A DNA stretch of 64,000 nucleotides from Candidatus Oxydemutator sp. (GCA_965203445.1 OZ241883.1:576001-640000); one strand, 5' to 3'; shown: positions 27,001 to 40,921, counted from the stretch's first letter. Notes: generated by a model not told the origin, from the sequence alone. Numbers and translations: made by a program.

Positions 27001-30000
27001 CTTCCGACGTGGTCTCGCTGCCGACGAACGTCACCGCAAGAATTACCCGCGGCTGCGCCTGCTGCTGCGACGTGCGACGCATCGCCATAGTCTCGGTAGC
27101 GCCGCCGAACACCAGCACCGGGTAATCAAACACGCTGCCGAAGTCCCACGGCGCGTCGTCGTTGTAGTCGTCGTCGCCTCCCTGATCCACGCGATCCACG
27201 TTCAACTGGTCCCAACCCTCGTAGATGCCCGCGGCCGTGGTGGGGGCGTACAACTGGCTCGACCTCCTCGGGACGACGTTGTCCAGACCCCGCGCAAACG
27301 TTCCGCAGCAACTGCTCTGGCCGCTGCGCTCCTGGTCAAAATAACTCGACTGCACCAGGGCGCTGGCAGCCCCGCTCCCTATCAAACCGCCGATGCTGGA
27401 CACGCCCGGCGCCCCCGTCGTTTCCCCAACGGAGTAACTGGCGCTCACCACCGCCCCGAGACTGATTTCGCCTATCAGACCGCCCACCACGCTTTCCTCT
27501 GCATACACTTCCACGTCGGCGTAACCCGCCACCAGCCTGCCGTAATGAGCACCCGCCAAACCGCCCACCGCGGAGGCGCCGGATACGCGACCGCCACCGG
27601 CGTAACTCGCCGCCACTTCGCCCTGGTTGAATCCCACCAGCGCGCCTACAAAATAACCGCCGTGCACCCGTGCGTTACGCAAGCCCACGTTGCGGATGGT
27701 GCCGCCGGCACCCACGGCGCCGAACAAACCTATCTGATACCACCCGTCCCTAGCCACCCGCAAATTGCGAATGACGTGGCCGTTGCCTTCAAAAACGGCG
27801 GTGTAGGCATCCCCCGGGAAGGTTGCAGGCCCGACCCCTCCGCCTATCGGCGTCCAGCCCGGGCGCGGGGCCGGGTTCACGCCGGACAGATCCAGGTCGG
27901 CCGACAACTCGTAGCCGGCGCACGTGCCGGGACAGGTGCGCACCTCGTTGTACAGGGGAAACGCCGCCAGATACGCGGCCCTGTTCGCGTCGCCCACGAC
28001 GCCCGCCAGCCCGGCACCGCCCAGGTCGTGGCGGATCGCCGCCAACTGCGACGTCGTCGCCACCTCTATCAAGTTGTCGTCATCAAAGTCGTAGTCTATC
28101 TCGTCGCTCACCTCGATCGTGGTCCTGACCGAAAGCGGCACGCCCAGACTCACGCGGCGCGGCGCCCCGGTGATCCTCGCGCCCGTCAACGTTACCACCA
28201 GTACCTCGGAAAACTCGGGCACGTCGTCATCGAGCACCCCGACCGAAAACGACGCGCTGCTAGCGCCGGAGCCGATGACTACGGCGCCGGTCGTGTTGAC
28301 AAAGTCGGCGGCGTCGGCTTCGCCGCCACCCACCGTCCAATCCCAGCTCGCGGTCACCCCTCTCGGCAGGATCACCGGCAGACTCACCACGTAACTCGCG
28401 GTGCCGCCTTCCGGCACGGTAACGCTGCCGGTGAACGCCGGCACAAGAATTATCCGCGGCTGCGCTTCCTGCTGCGACGTGCGACGTATCGCCATAGTCT
28501 CGGTAGCGCCACCGAACACCAACACCGGGTAATCAAACACGCCGCCGAAATCCCACGGCGCGTCGTCGTTCAAATCGCCGTCGTCTCCCCGATCCACGTC
28601 GTCCACGTTCAACTTGTCCCAACCCGCATAGATGGTGCCCGTCGCCGTAGTGGGACCAATCAACTCGCCTGACGTCTTCGAGGTGTTGTCCGGACTCGGC
28701 ACGTTCGCTCCACAGCAACGGCTCCGGCCGCTGCTCTCGGCGTCAAAATAACTCGACTCCAGCGTGGCGCCGACCACCCTGTTCCCTATCAAGCCACCGA
28801 CCAGACCGGCCCCCGTCGTTGCCCCGATGGAGTAACTGGCGCTCACTACCGACGCGCCACCGCTTGCGCCCACCAGACCGCCCACGGTACCCAATCCATG
28901 CACTTCCACGTCGGCGTAACTCGCCACCACTCTGCCGAAATGAGACCCTATCAAGCCGCCCACCGAAAACGCGCCGGATACGCGACCGCCACTGACGTAA
29001 CTCGCCGCCACTTTGCCCCGGTTGGAACCCACCAGCGCGCCTATATAAGTACCATTATTACCCACGCTCACCCGCGCGTTGCGCAAACCCACGTTGCGGA
29101 TCACGCCGACGTCGCTGACGACGCCGAACAAACCCATGCTGTACCACGGGCGATCATTCCTGGTTATCGTCAGATCGCTGATAACGCGGCCGTTGCCCTC
29201 AAAAACGGCGCTGTAAGGATTCCTCAAACGGTGTGTGAGCGTGGTGGCCTCTCCGCCTATCGGCTTCCAGTTCAAGCCGGACAGATCCAGGTCGGCCGAC
29301 AACTCGTAGCCGGTGCACGTGCCCGGACAGGTCTGCTTCTCGTCGTAATGGGGAAACGCCGCCCGATAAGCCCGATAAGCGGCCTCGTTGGCACTGCTCA
29401 CGCCCGCCAGCCCGGCACCGCCCAGGTCGTGGCCGATCGCCGCCAACTGCGACGTCGTCGCCACCTCTATCAAGGTGTCGTCATCAAAGTCGTAGTCCAT
29501 CTGGTCGCTCGTCTTGATCGTGGTCCTGACGGAAACCGGCACGCCCAAACTCACGTGGCGCGGCGCCCCGGTGAGCCTCGCGCCCGTCAACGTTACCACC
29601 AGCACCTCGGACAACTCAGGCACGTCGTCATCGAACACCCTGACCGAAAACGACGCGCTGCTCGCGCCGGAGCCGATGGCCACGCTGCCAGTCGTGCCGA
29701 CAAAGTCGTCGGCGTCGACGTCGCCGCCGCCCACCGCCCAATCCCAACGCGCGGTCACCCCCGCCGGCAAGACCAGCGGCAGACTCACCACGTAACTCGC
29801 GGTGCCGCCTTCCGACACCGTCTCGCTGCCGGTGAGCGTCGCCGCAAGAATTACCCGCGGCTGCGCCTGCTGCTGCGACGTGCGACGCATCGCCATAGTC
29901 TCGGTAGCGCCGCCGAACACCAGCACCGGGTAATCAAACACGCTGCCGAAGTCCCACGGCGCGTCGTCGTTGTAGTCGTCGTCGCCTCCCTGATCCACGC

Positions 30001-33000
30001 GATCCACGTTCAACTGGTCCCAACCCTCGTAGATGCCCGCGGCCGTGGTGGGGGCGTACAACTGGCTCGACCTCCTCGGGACGACGTTGTCCAGACCCCG
30101 CGCAAACGTTCCGCAGCAACTGCTCTGGCCGCTGCGCTCCTGGTCAAAATAACTCGACTGCACCAGGGCGCTGGCAGCCCCGCTCCCTATCAAACCGCCG
30201 ATGCTGGACACGCCCGGCGCCCCCGTCGTTTCCCCAACGGAGTAACTGGCGCTCACCACCGCCCCGAGACTGATTTCGCCTATCAGACCGCCCACCACGC
30301 TTTCCTCTGCATACACTTCCACGTCGGCGTAACCCGCCACCAGCCTGCCGTAATGAGCACCCGCCAAACCGCCCACCGCGGAGGCGCCGGATACGCGACC
30401 GCCACCGGCGTAACTCGCCGCCACTTCGCCCTGGTTGAATCCCACCAGCGCGCCTACAAAATAACCGCCGTGCACCCGTGCGTTACGCAAGCCCACGTTG
30501 CGGATGGTGCCGCCGGCACCCACGGCGCCGAACAAACCTATCTGATACCACCCGTCCCTGGCCACCCGCAAATTGCGAATGACGTGGCCGTTGCCTTCAA
30601 AAACGGCGGTGTAGGTATCCCCCGGAAAGGCCGCAGGCCCGACCCCCCCGCCTATCGGCGTCCAGCCCGGGCGCGGGGCCGGGTTCACGCCGGACAGGTC
30701 CAGGTCGGCCGACAACTCGTAGCCGGCGCACGTGCCGGGACAGGTGCGCACCCCGTTGTACAGGGGAAACGCCGCCAGATACGCGGCCCTGTTCGCGTCG
30801 CCCACGACGCCCGCCAGCCCGGCACCGCCCAGGTCGTGGCGGATCGCCGCCAACTGCGACGTCGTCGCCACCTCTATCAAGTTGTCGTCATCAAAGTCGT
30901 AATCTATCCGGTCGCTCACCTCGATCGTGGTCCTGACCGAAAGCGGCACGCCCAGACTCACGCGACGCGGCGCCCCCGTGATCCTCGCGCCCGTCAACGT
31001 TACCACCAGTACCTCGGAAAACTCGGGCACGTCGTCATCGAGCACCCCGACCGAAAACGACGCGCTGACGGCGCCGGAGGCGATGGCCACGCTGCCGGTC
31101 GTGTTGACGAAGTCGGCGACGTCGGCTTCGCCGCCACCCACCGTCCAATCCCAACGCGCGCGCACTCCCGTCGGCAAGACCAGCGGCAGACTCACCACGT
31201 AACTCGCGGTGCCGCCTTCCGACGTGGTCTCGCTGCCGGCAAGCATCGGCGTAAGAATCACCTGCTGCGCCTGCTGCTGCGACGTGCGACGTATCGCCAT
31301 AGTCTCGGTAGCGCCACCGAACACCAACACCGGGTAATCAAACACGCCGCCGAAATCCCACGGCGCGTCGTCGTTCAAATCGCCGTCGTCTCCCCGATCC
31401 ACGTCGTCCACGTTCAACTTGTCCCAACCCGCATAGATGGTGCCCGTCGCCGTAGTGGGACCAATCAACTCGCCTGACGTCTTCGAGGTGTTGTCCGGAC
31501 TCGGCACGTTCGCTCCACAGCAACGGCTCCGGCCGCTGCTCTCGGCGTCAAAATAACTCGACTCCAGCGTGGCGCCGACCACCCTGTTCCCTATCAAGCC
31601 ACCGACCAGACCGGCCCCCGTCGTTGCCCCGATGGAGTAACTGGCGCTCACTACCGACGCGCCACCGCTTGCGCCCACCAGACCGCCCACGGTACCCAAT
31701 CCATGCACTTCCACGTCGGCGTAACTCGCCACCACTCTGCCGAAATGAGACCCTATCAAGCCGCCCACCGAAAACGCGCCGGATACGCGACCGCCACTGA
31801 CGTAACTCGCCGCCACTTTGCCCCGGTTGGAACCCACCAGCGCGCCTATATAAGTGCTATTACTACCCACGCTCACCTGACCCACGCTCACCCGCGCGTT
31901 GCGCAAACCCACGTTGCGGATCACGCCGACGTCGCTGACGACGCCGAACAAACCCATGCTGTACCACGGGCGATCATTCCTGGTTATCGTCAGATTGCTG
32001 ATAACGTGGCCGTTGCCTTCAAAAACGGCGCCGTAAGGATTCCTCAAACGGTGCGCGAGCGTGGTGGCCTCTCCGCCTATCGGCTTCCAGTTCAAGCCGG
32101 ACAGATCCAGGTCGGCCGACAACTCGTAGCCAGCGCACGTGCTGGGACAGGTCTGCCCGTCGCCGAAAAAGGGAAACGCCGCCAGATAAGCGGCCTCGTC
32201 GGCACTGCTCACGCCCGCTATCCCGGCACCGCCCAGGTCGTGGCGGATCGCCGCCAACTGCGACGTCGTCGCCACCTCTATCAAGGTGTCGTCATCAAAG
32301 TCGTAGTCTATCTCGTCGCTCGCCCCGATCGTGGTCCTGACGGGAACCGGCACGCCCAGACTCACGCGCGCGGGCACCCCGGTGAGCCTCGCGCCCGTCA
32401 ACGTTACCACCAGCACCTCGGAAAACTCAGGCACGTCGTCATCGAGCACTGTCACCGAAAACGACGCGCTGACGGCGCCCGAGGCGATGACCACGCTGCC
32501 TGCGGTCGTGCCGACAAAGTCGTCGGCGCCGACGTCGCCGCCCACCGCCCAATCCCAACGCGCGCGCACCCCCGCCGGCAAGACCAGCGGCAAGCGCACC
32601 ACGTACCTCGCGGTGCCGCCTTCCGATACGGTAACGCTGCCGGTGAGCGCCGCCGCAAGAATTACCTGCGGCTGCGCCTGCTGCTGCGACGTGCGACGCG
32701 CCACCTGCGTGTCGGTAGCGCCGCCGAACACCAGCACCGGGTAATCAAACACGCTGCCGAAATCCCACGGCGCGTCGTCGTTGTAGTCGTCGTCACCCCC
32801 CTGATCCACGCCGTCCACGTTCAACCTGTCCCAGCCTTCGTAGAGGGTGCCCGCGGCCGTGGTCGGGACGCGCAACTGGCTCGACGTCTTCGAGGTGTCG
32901 TCCGAACTCGGCGCATTCGTTCCTCCGCAGCATCTGCTCTGGCCGCTGCGCTCGGCGTCAAAATAGCTTGCCTGTAGCGTACCGGAACCATAGCCTCCGA

Positions 33001-36000
33001 CCAGACCGCCGGACGGAAACCCTTGCAGGCCGTCGCCGTCCCTGGTCAGCCTCGAGAGCGCGTAGCTGGCGCTGACTATGCCCCCGTTCACAACGACGCC
33101 TATCAACCCCCCCACGTTTTGCCCCCGCGACCGCTGATGCACCGGCACGTCCGCATAACTGGCAACTACGACACCCCCGTCCAATCTCCCTACCAGACCG
33201 CCCAAGTCCCAACCACCGCGCACTTGTCTGCCGTCGCCCACCACGTAACACGCCGCCACTTTGCCCGCGTTGTACCCCGCCAACGCGCCCGCCCCTACGC
33301 TTCTGCTGGCCACGTCCGTATGCACGTTGTTCAAACCCACGTTGCGGATCCTGCCTGTGACGCCCACGGCACCAAAAAAGCCCACGCTATCGAAGCGGGC
33401 GGTTGCATTGTTCGTGCTGCGGATCGTTACGTTGCTGATGACGTGGCCGTTGCCTTCAAAAACGGCCTGGTAACGCCGCTCCGGGGGAACGTAGTTCCAG
33501 GGGGCGCGTGTAATCCCCCCGCCTATCGGCGTCCAGTTCGGTACGTCGGACAGATCCAGGTCGGTCGACAACTCGTAGCCGGTGCACGTGCTGGGACAGG
33601 TCTGCCCGTCGCCGAAAAAGGGAAACGCCGCCAGATAAGCGGCCTCGTCGGCACTGCTCACGCCCGCTATCCCGGCACCGCCCAGGTCGTGGCGGATCGC
33701 CGCCAACTGCGACGTCGTCGCCACCTCTATCAAGGTGTCGTCATCAAAGTCGTAGTCTATCTCGTCGCTCACCTCGATCGCGGTCCTGACGGGAACCGGA
33801 ACGCCCAGACTCACGCGCGCGGGCACCCCGGTGAGCCTCGCGCCCGTCAGCGTTACCACCAGAATCTCGGAAAACTCGGGCACGGCGTCATCGAACACTG
33901 TCACCGAAAACGACGCGCTGCTCGCGCCGGAACCAATGACTACGATGCCGGTCGTGCCGACAAAGTCGGCGACGTCGGCTTCGCCGCCGCCCACGACCCA
34001 ATCCCAACGCGCGCTCACCCCCGCCGGCAAGGCCAGAGGCAAACTCACCACGTAACTCGCCGCCTCGCCTTCCGACACCGTCGCGCTGCCGGCGAGCGTC
34101 GCCGCAAGAATTACCTGCGGCTGCGCCTCCCGCTGCGACGTGCGACGCGCCGCCTGCGTCTCGGTAGCGCCACCGAACACCAACACCGGGTAATCGAACA
34201 CGCTGCCGAAGTCCCACGGCGCGTCGTCGTTGTAGTCGCCGTCGTCCCCCTGATCCACGTCGTCCACGTGCAACTTGTCCCAACCCGCGTAGAGGGTGCC
34301 CACCGCGGTGGTCGGCGCGCGCAACTGGTGTGACGCCCTCGGTTTGCAGCAACCACCCTGGCGACTGCGCTCCCGGTCAAAATAACTGGACTCCACCACG
34401 GCGCCGGCCACCCGGTTCCCTATCAAACCGCCAATCGGGTAAATCCCCGTCACTCTCCCGACGGAGTAGCTGGCGCTCACCACCGACGCGCCACCGGCTT
34501 CGCCTATCAGACCGCCCACGTTAGCTCCATCTGCACGCACTTCCACGTCGGCGTAACTCGCCACCAGCCTGCCGGCGTAATGACCCCCTATCAAACCGCC
34601 CACCCCCGCATTGCCGGATACGCGACCGCCAATGACGTAACTCGCCAACACTTCGCCCTCGTTGTCTCCCACCAGCGCACCTATAAACAAGCTGTCACCA
34701 CCCATTTCCACCCGCGCGTTGTGCAAGCCCACGTTGCGGATCACGCCGCCGGCGCCCACCCTGCCGAACAAACCTATCTGCCACTCCCCGTCCCTGGCCA
34801 CGCGCAAATTGCGGATGACGTGGCCGTTGCCTTCAAAAACGGCGGTGTAAGCATCCCCCGGCACGGCACGCGGAACCCCCCCGCCCAGCGGCGTCCAGCC
34901 TGGGCCCGGGGCCGGGTTCACGCTGGACAGATCCAGGTCGGCCGACAACTCGTAGCCGGCGCACGTTCCGGGACAGGTGCGCGTCTCGTCATACAGGGGA
35001 AACGCCGCCCGATAAGCCCGATAAGCGGCCTCGTTGGCACTGCTCACGCCCGCTATCCCGGCACCGCCCAGGTCGTAGCGGATCGCCGCCAACTGCGACG
35101 TCGTCGCCACCTCTATCAAGTTGTCGTCGTCAAAGTCGTAGTCTATCCGGTCGCTCACCTCGATCGTGGTCCTGACGGCAACCACGCCCAAACTCACGCG
35201 CGCGGGCGCCCCCGTGAGCCGCGCGCCCGTCAGCGTTACCACCAGTACCTCGGAAAACTCGGGCACGTCGTCATCGAACACCACCACCGAAAACGACGCG
35301 CTGACGGCGCCCGAGGCGATGGCCACGCTGCCGGTCGTGGCGACAAAGTCGGCGGCGCCGGCTTCGCCACCGCCCACGACCCAATCCCAACGCGCGCTCA
35401 CCCCCGCCGGCAAGACCAGCGGCAAACTCACCACGTAACTCGCGGTGCCGCCTTCCGACACCGTCTCGCTTCCGGCAAGCGTCGGCGCAAGAATTACCCG
35501 CTGCGCCTGCTGCTGCGACGTGCGGCGCGTCGCCATAGTCTCGGTAGCGCCGCCGAACACCAGCACCGGATAATCAAACACGCTGCCGAAATCCCACGGC
35601 GCGTCGTCGTTCAAATCGCCGTCGTCCGCCCGAGCCACGCCGTCCACGTTCAACCTGCTCCAACCCGCGTAGATGGTGCCCGTCGCCGTCGTCGGGACGC
35701 GCAACTGGTTCGACGTCTTCGAGCTGTTGTCCGGACTCGGCACGTTCGATCCGCAGCAGTCACTCTGGCCGCTGCGCTCGGCGTCAAAATAACTCGACCC
35801 CACCACGGCGCCGACTCTCCTGTTCCCTATCAAGCCGCCGACTATACCGCTCCCCGTCGTTGCCCCGACCGAGTAACTGGCGCTCACCACCGACACGGCG
35901 CCGGCCTCGCCCACCAGACCGCCCGCGTTAGCTCCATCTGCATGCACTTCCACGTCGGCGTAACTCGCCACCAACCCGCCGTAATGACCCCCTATCAGAC

Positions 36001-39000
36001 CGCCCACCGCCCATACGCCGGATATGCGACCACCACTGACGTAACTCGCCGCCACCTTGCCTTCGTTGCGGCCCACCAGCGCTCCTATATAAGTGCTATG
36101 GGCACCCACGGACACCCGCGCGTTGCGCAAGCCCACGTTGCGGATCACGCCGACGGCGCTCACCGCGCCGAACAAGCCCGCGTGAGACCGCTGTCCATCG
36201 CTGATCACCCGCAAATTGCTGACGACGCGGCCGTTGCCTTCAAAGACGGCGGTGTAATAATGCTCCTCCTGAAGGGTTTCGACCCCGCCGCCTAACGGCG
36301 TCCAGCCCGCACCCGGAGCCGGGTTCACGCTGGACAGATCCAGGTCGGCCGACAACTCGTAGCCGGTGCACGTGCTCGGACAGGTCTGCGGCGCGCCGAA
36401 AAGGGGAAACGCCGCAAAATAAGCGGACTTGTTCGCACTGCTCACGCCCGCCAGCCCGGCACCGCCCAGGTCATAGCGGATCGCCGCCAACTGCGACGTC
36501 GTCGCCACCTCTATCAGGGTGTCGTCGTCCTCGTCGTAGTCTATCCCGTCGCTGAACTCGATCGTGGTGCTGACGGGAAGCGGCACGCCCAAACCCACGT
36601 GCGCGGGCGCCCCCGCGAGCCTCGCGTTGCTCAACGCAACCACCATGACCTCGGGCGGTTCGATCTCGCCGTCGGCGCGCACCCTCAACGAAAACGACGC
36701 GCTGGCGGTGCCGGATGTGATGACCACGCTGCCCGCGGTGGTGCCGACAAAGTCGTCGGCGTCGACTTCGCCGCCGCCCACCGACCAATTCCAACTCGCG
36801 CTCGCCCCCGCCGGCAAGACCACCGGAAAGCGCACCACGTAACTCGCGATCCCACCTTCCGGCCCCGTCGCGCTGCCGGCGAGCGTCGGCACAAGAATTA
36901 CCCCCTGCGCCTGCTGCTGCGACGTGCGACGCATCGCCTTCGTCTCGGTAGCGCCGGCGAACACCAACACCGGATAATCAAACACGGTGCCGAAATCCCA
37001 CGGCGCGTCGTCGTTCAAGTCGCCGTCGTCTCCCTGATCCACGTCGTCCACGTTCAACTGCTCCCAGCCCTCGTAGATGGTGAGCGCGGCCGCGGTCGGA
37101 CTGAACAACTCGGCTGAGGTCTTCGAGGTGTTGTCCGGACTCGGCGGATTCCTTCCGCAGCAGCTGCTCTGGCCGCTGCGCTGGCCGTCGAAATAACTCG
37201 ACTGCAACACGTCGGCGTAATTCAGCAGCAGATGATCGTCGTGATACTCGTGCCCTCCTATCAAACCGCCGACCGCGGCCGTCCCCATCGTTGCCCCGAT
37301 GGAATAACTGGCGCTCACCACCGACGCGGCGGCGACTTCGCCTACCAGACCGCCCGCGTTCAATCTACCTGAAAATGTCTCACCTGGAGGCACCAATCCG
37401 ATACCTGCCTGCACTTCCACGTCGGCGTAACTCGCCACCAAGCTGCCGTAATGACCCCCGATCAAACCGCCCACCCCAAATACGCCGGATATGCGACCGC
37501 CACTGACGTAACTCGCCGCCACTTTGCCCTCGTTGCGGCCCACCAGCGCACCTATATAAGTGCTACCACTATCATCCAGGTTCACCCGCGCGTTGCGCAA
37601 GCCCACGTTGCGGATGATGCCGTTGGCATTCACGGCCCCGAACAGACCCATGTGCCACCACCGCCCATCCCTGTCCATCCTCAGGTTGCTGATGACGTGG
37701 CCGTTGCCTTCAAAAACCGCGGTGTAATAATAATCCGCCGGAGCTCCGTCCCAGCATACACGCGTGCCCCTCGACTGCCGGGTAACGCAAGAGCGATAAT
37801 CCTGCGGAAAGGCACCATCATTAGGAATCTCATCACTGCCGCCCCCGCCTATCGGCGTCCAGTCCAGGATGCTCGACAGATCCAGGTCGGCCGACAACTC
37901 GTAGCCGGTGCACGACGCCCCCGGACAGGTTTGCGTCTCATCGAAAAAGGGAAACGCCGCCCGATAAGCGGGCCGATCCTCGCTGCTCACGCCCGCCAGC
38001 CCGGCACCGCCCAGGTCGTGGCGGATCGCCGACAACTGCGACGTCGTCGCCACCTCTATCAGGGTGTCGCCGTCGAGGTCGTAGTCTCTGCCGACTCCGT
38101 CGCTGGGACTGATCACGGTGCTGACGGAAGCCGGCACGCCCAAACTCACGCGCGCGGGCGCCCCCGTGAGCATCGCGTCGCTCAACGCGACCACCATGAC
38201 CTCGGACAACTCGGTAATGACGTCATCGCGCACCCTCACCGAAAACGACGCGCTGCTCGCGCCGGATGCGATGACCACGCTGCCGCTGGTCCTGCCGTCA
38301 AAGTCGTCGGCGATGACCTGGTTGCCGCCCACCGCCCAATTCCAACTCGCAGTCACTCCCGCCGGCAAGGCCCCCGGAAAACGCACCACGTAACTCGCGG
38401 CCTCGCCTTCCGACACCCCCGCGCTCCCGGCGAGCGTCGGCGTAAGACTTACCTCCGGCTGCGTCTCCCGTTGCGCCTCCCGCTGCGACGTGCGACGCGC
38501 CACCTCCGTCTCGGTAGCACCGCCGAACACCAGCACCGGGTAATCAAACTCGGTGCCAAAATCCCACGGAGCGTCATCGTTCAAATCGCCGTCGCTGCCC
38601 TGATCCACGTCGTCCACGTTCAACTTGTCCCAACCGGCGTAGATGGTGCCCGTCGCCGTGATCGGGAGAATCATGTCGCTCGACGTCTTCGCAACAACGT
38701 CGTCCAGACCGAATTCATTCGTTCCGCAGCAACTGCTCCGGAGGCTGCGCTCCTTGTCAAAATAACTCGACTCCACCGCGGCGATGATGGTCACCCCGAA
38801 CTGTCCGCCACCCGCGGTGGCAACCCGCCGCCCTATCAAGCCGCCGACTCTGCTACCCCCCGTCGTTTTCCCGACGGAGTAACTGGCGCTTACCACCGAC
38901 GCGACACTGGCTTCGCCTACCAGACCGCCCACCTCACCTATACTTGCATGCACTTCCACGTCGGCGTAACTCGCCACCAACCTGCCGGAGTTGCCCCCTA

Positions 39001-40921
39001 TCAAGCCGCCCACCCTGAATGAACCGGATATGCGACCGCCACTGACGTAACTCGCCGCCACTTTGCCCCGGTTGCGCCCCACCAGCGCTCCCACGTAGAT
39101 GTGTCCTACGGCCACCTGCGCGTTGCGCAAGCCCACGTTGCGGATTCTGCCGTCGGCGCCGACGATGCCGAACAAACCCGTGCCATACACCCCGCCGCCG
39201 CTCATCCGCAGGTTGCTGATGACGTGGCCGTTGCCTTCGAAAACAGCGGTGTAAGCATCCGGCGTATCCCCCCCGCCTAGCGGCGTCCAGTCCGCTATGT
39301 CGGACAGGTCCAGGTCGGCCGACAACTCATAGCCGATGCACGCGCGCGGACAGCTCGCCTCATCAAAAAAGGGAAACGCCTTCCGATAAGCGACGTTGTT
39401 CGTATCGCTCACGCCCGTCACCCCGGCACCGCCCAGGTCGTAGCGAATCGCCGCCAACTGCGACGTCGTCGCCACCTCTATCAAGGTGTCGTCATCAAAG
39501 TCGTAGTCTATCTCGTCGCTCACCTCGATGGTGGTCCTGACGGGAAGCGGCACGCCTAAACTCACGCGCGCGGGCACTCCCGTGAGCCTCGCGCCCGTCA
39601 ACGTTACCACCAGAACCTCGGAAAATTCGGGCACGTCGTCATCAAACACTACCACCGAAAACGACGCGCTGACGGCGCCGGATGCGATGACCACGTCGCC
39701 GCTGGTCGCGCCGACAAAGTCGTCGGTGCTGACTTCGCCACCCACCGCCCAATTCCAACTCGCACTCACCCCCGCCGGCAAGGACTCCGACAAGCTCACC
39801 ACGTAACTCGCGGTGCCGCCTTCCGACACGGTCTCGCTTCCGATGAGCGTCGGTGCAAGACTTACCTGCGGCTGCGCCTGCTGCTGCGACGTGCGACGCG
39901 CCGACTCCGTGTCGGTAGCGCCGCCGAACACCAGCACCGGGTAATCAAACGCGCTGCCGAAATCCCATGGAGCGTCGTCGTTGTAGTCGTCGTCGCCCCC
40001 CTGATCAACGTCGTCCACGTTCAACTTGTCCCAACCGGCGTAGATGGTGCCCGTCGCCGTGATCGGGAGAATCATGTCGCTCGACGTCTTCGCAACAACG
40101 TCGTCCAGACCATGCGCGTTCGTTCCGCAGCAACTGCTCCGGAGGCTGCGCTCCTTGTCAAAATAACTCGACTCCACCGCGGCGATGATGGTCACCCCGA
40201 ACTGTCCGCCACCCGCGGTGGCAACCCGCCGCCCTATCAAGCCGCCGACTCTGCTACCCCCCGTCGTTTCCCCGACGGAGTAACTGGCGCTTACCACCGA
40301 CGCGACACTGGCTTCGCCTACCAGACCGCCCGCCTCACCTAAACTTGCATGCACTTCCACGTCGGCGTAACTCGCCACCAACCTGCCGGAGTTGCCCCCT
40401 ATCAAGCCGCCCACCCTGAATGAACCGGATATGCGACCGCCACTGACGTAACTCGCCGCCACTCTGCCCCGGTTGCGCCCCACCAGCGCTCCCACGTAGA
40501 TGTGTCCTACGGCCACCTGCGCGTTGCGCAAGCCCACGTTGCGGATTCTGCCGTCGGCGCCGACGATGCCGAACAAACCCGTGCCATACACCCCGCCGCT
40601 GCTCATCCGCAGGTTGCTGATGACGTGGCCGTTGCCTTCGAAAACAGCGGTGTAAGAATCCGGCGTATCCCCCCCGCCTAGCGGCGTCCAGTCCGCTATG
40701 CTGGACAGATCCAGGTCGGCCGACAACTCGTAGCCGGCGCACGTGCCCGGACAGGTCTCCATCTCGTCGTACAGGGGAAACGCCGCCCGATAAGCCCGAT
40801 AAGCGGCCTCGTTGGCACTGCTCACGCCCGCCAGCCCGGCGCCGCCCAGGTCGTGGCCGATCGCCGCCAACTGCGACGTCGTCGCCACCTCTATCAAGTT
40901 GTCGTCGTCAAAGTCGTAGTC
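1..40921 (-). repeat. Tandem array of 29 coding modules (~1.41 kb, ~470 aa each): DYD-cap, GLUG-type beta-helix, CC/WD cap, Calx-beta domain
   Basis: Each unit reads DYDxDxDxLIEVxTTSQLAAIRxDLxGxG...CPxTCxGYELSADLDLS...WTP[IL]GG-(variable)-YTAVFEGNGHVISNL...GLFGxVGxxGxIRNVGLRNA...GALVG...GGLIG...GGLVG...GGLIG...SSYFD...CCG...YAGWDxLNVD...PWDFGxxFDYPVLVFGG, then a Calx-beta-like domain (SEGxxASYVVxL...DF...SASFSVxVxDDxxxExSEVLVVTL). Spacing of marker ORFs is about 1,380-1,550 bp. Confidence 0.9.
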
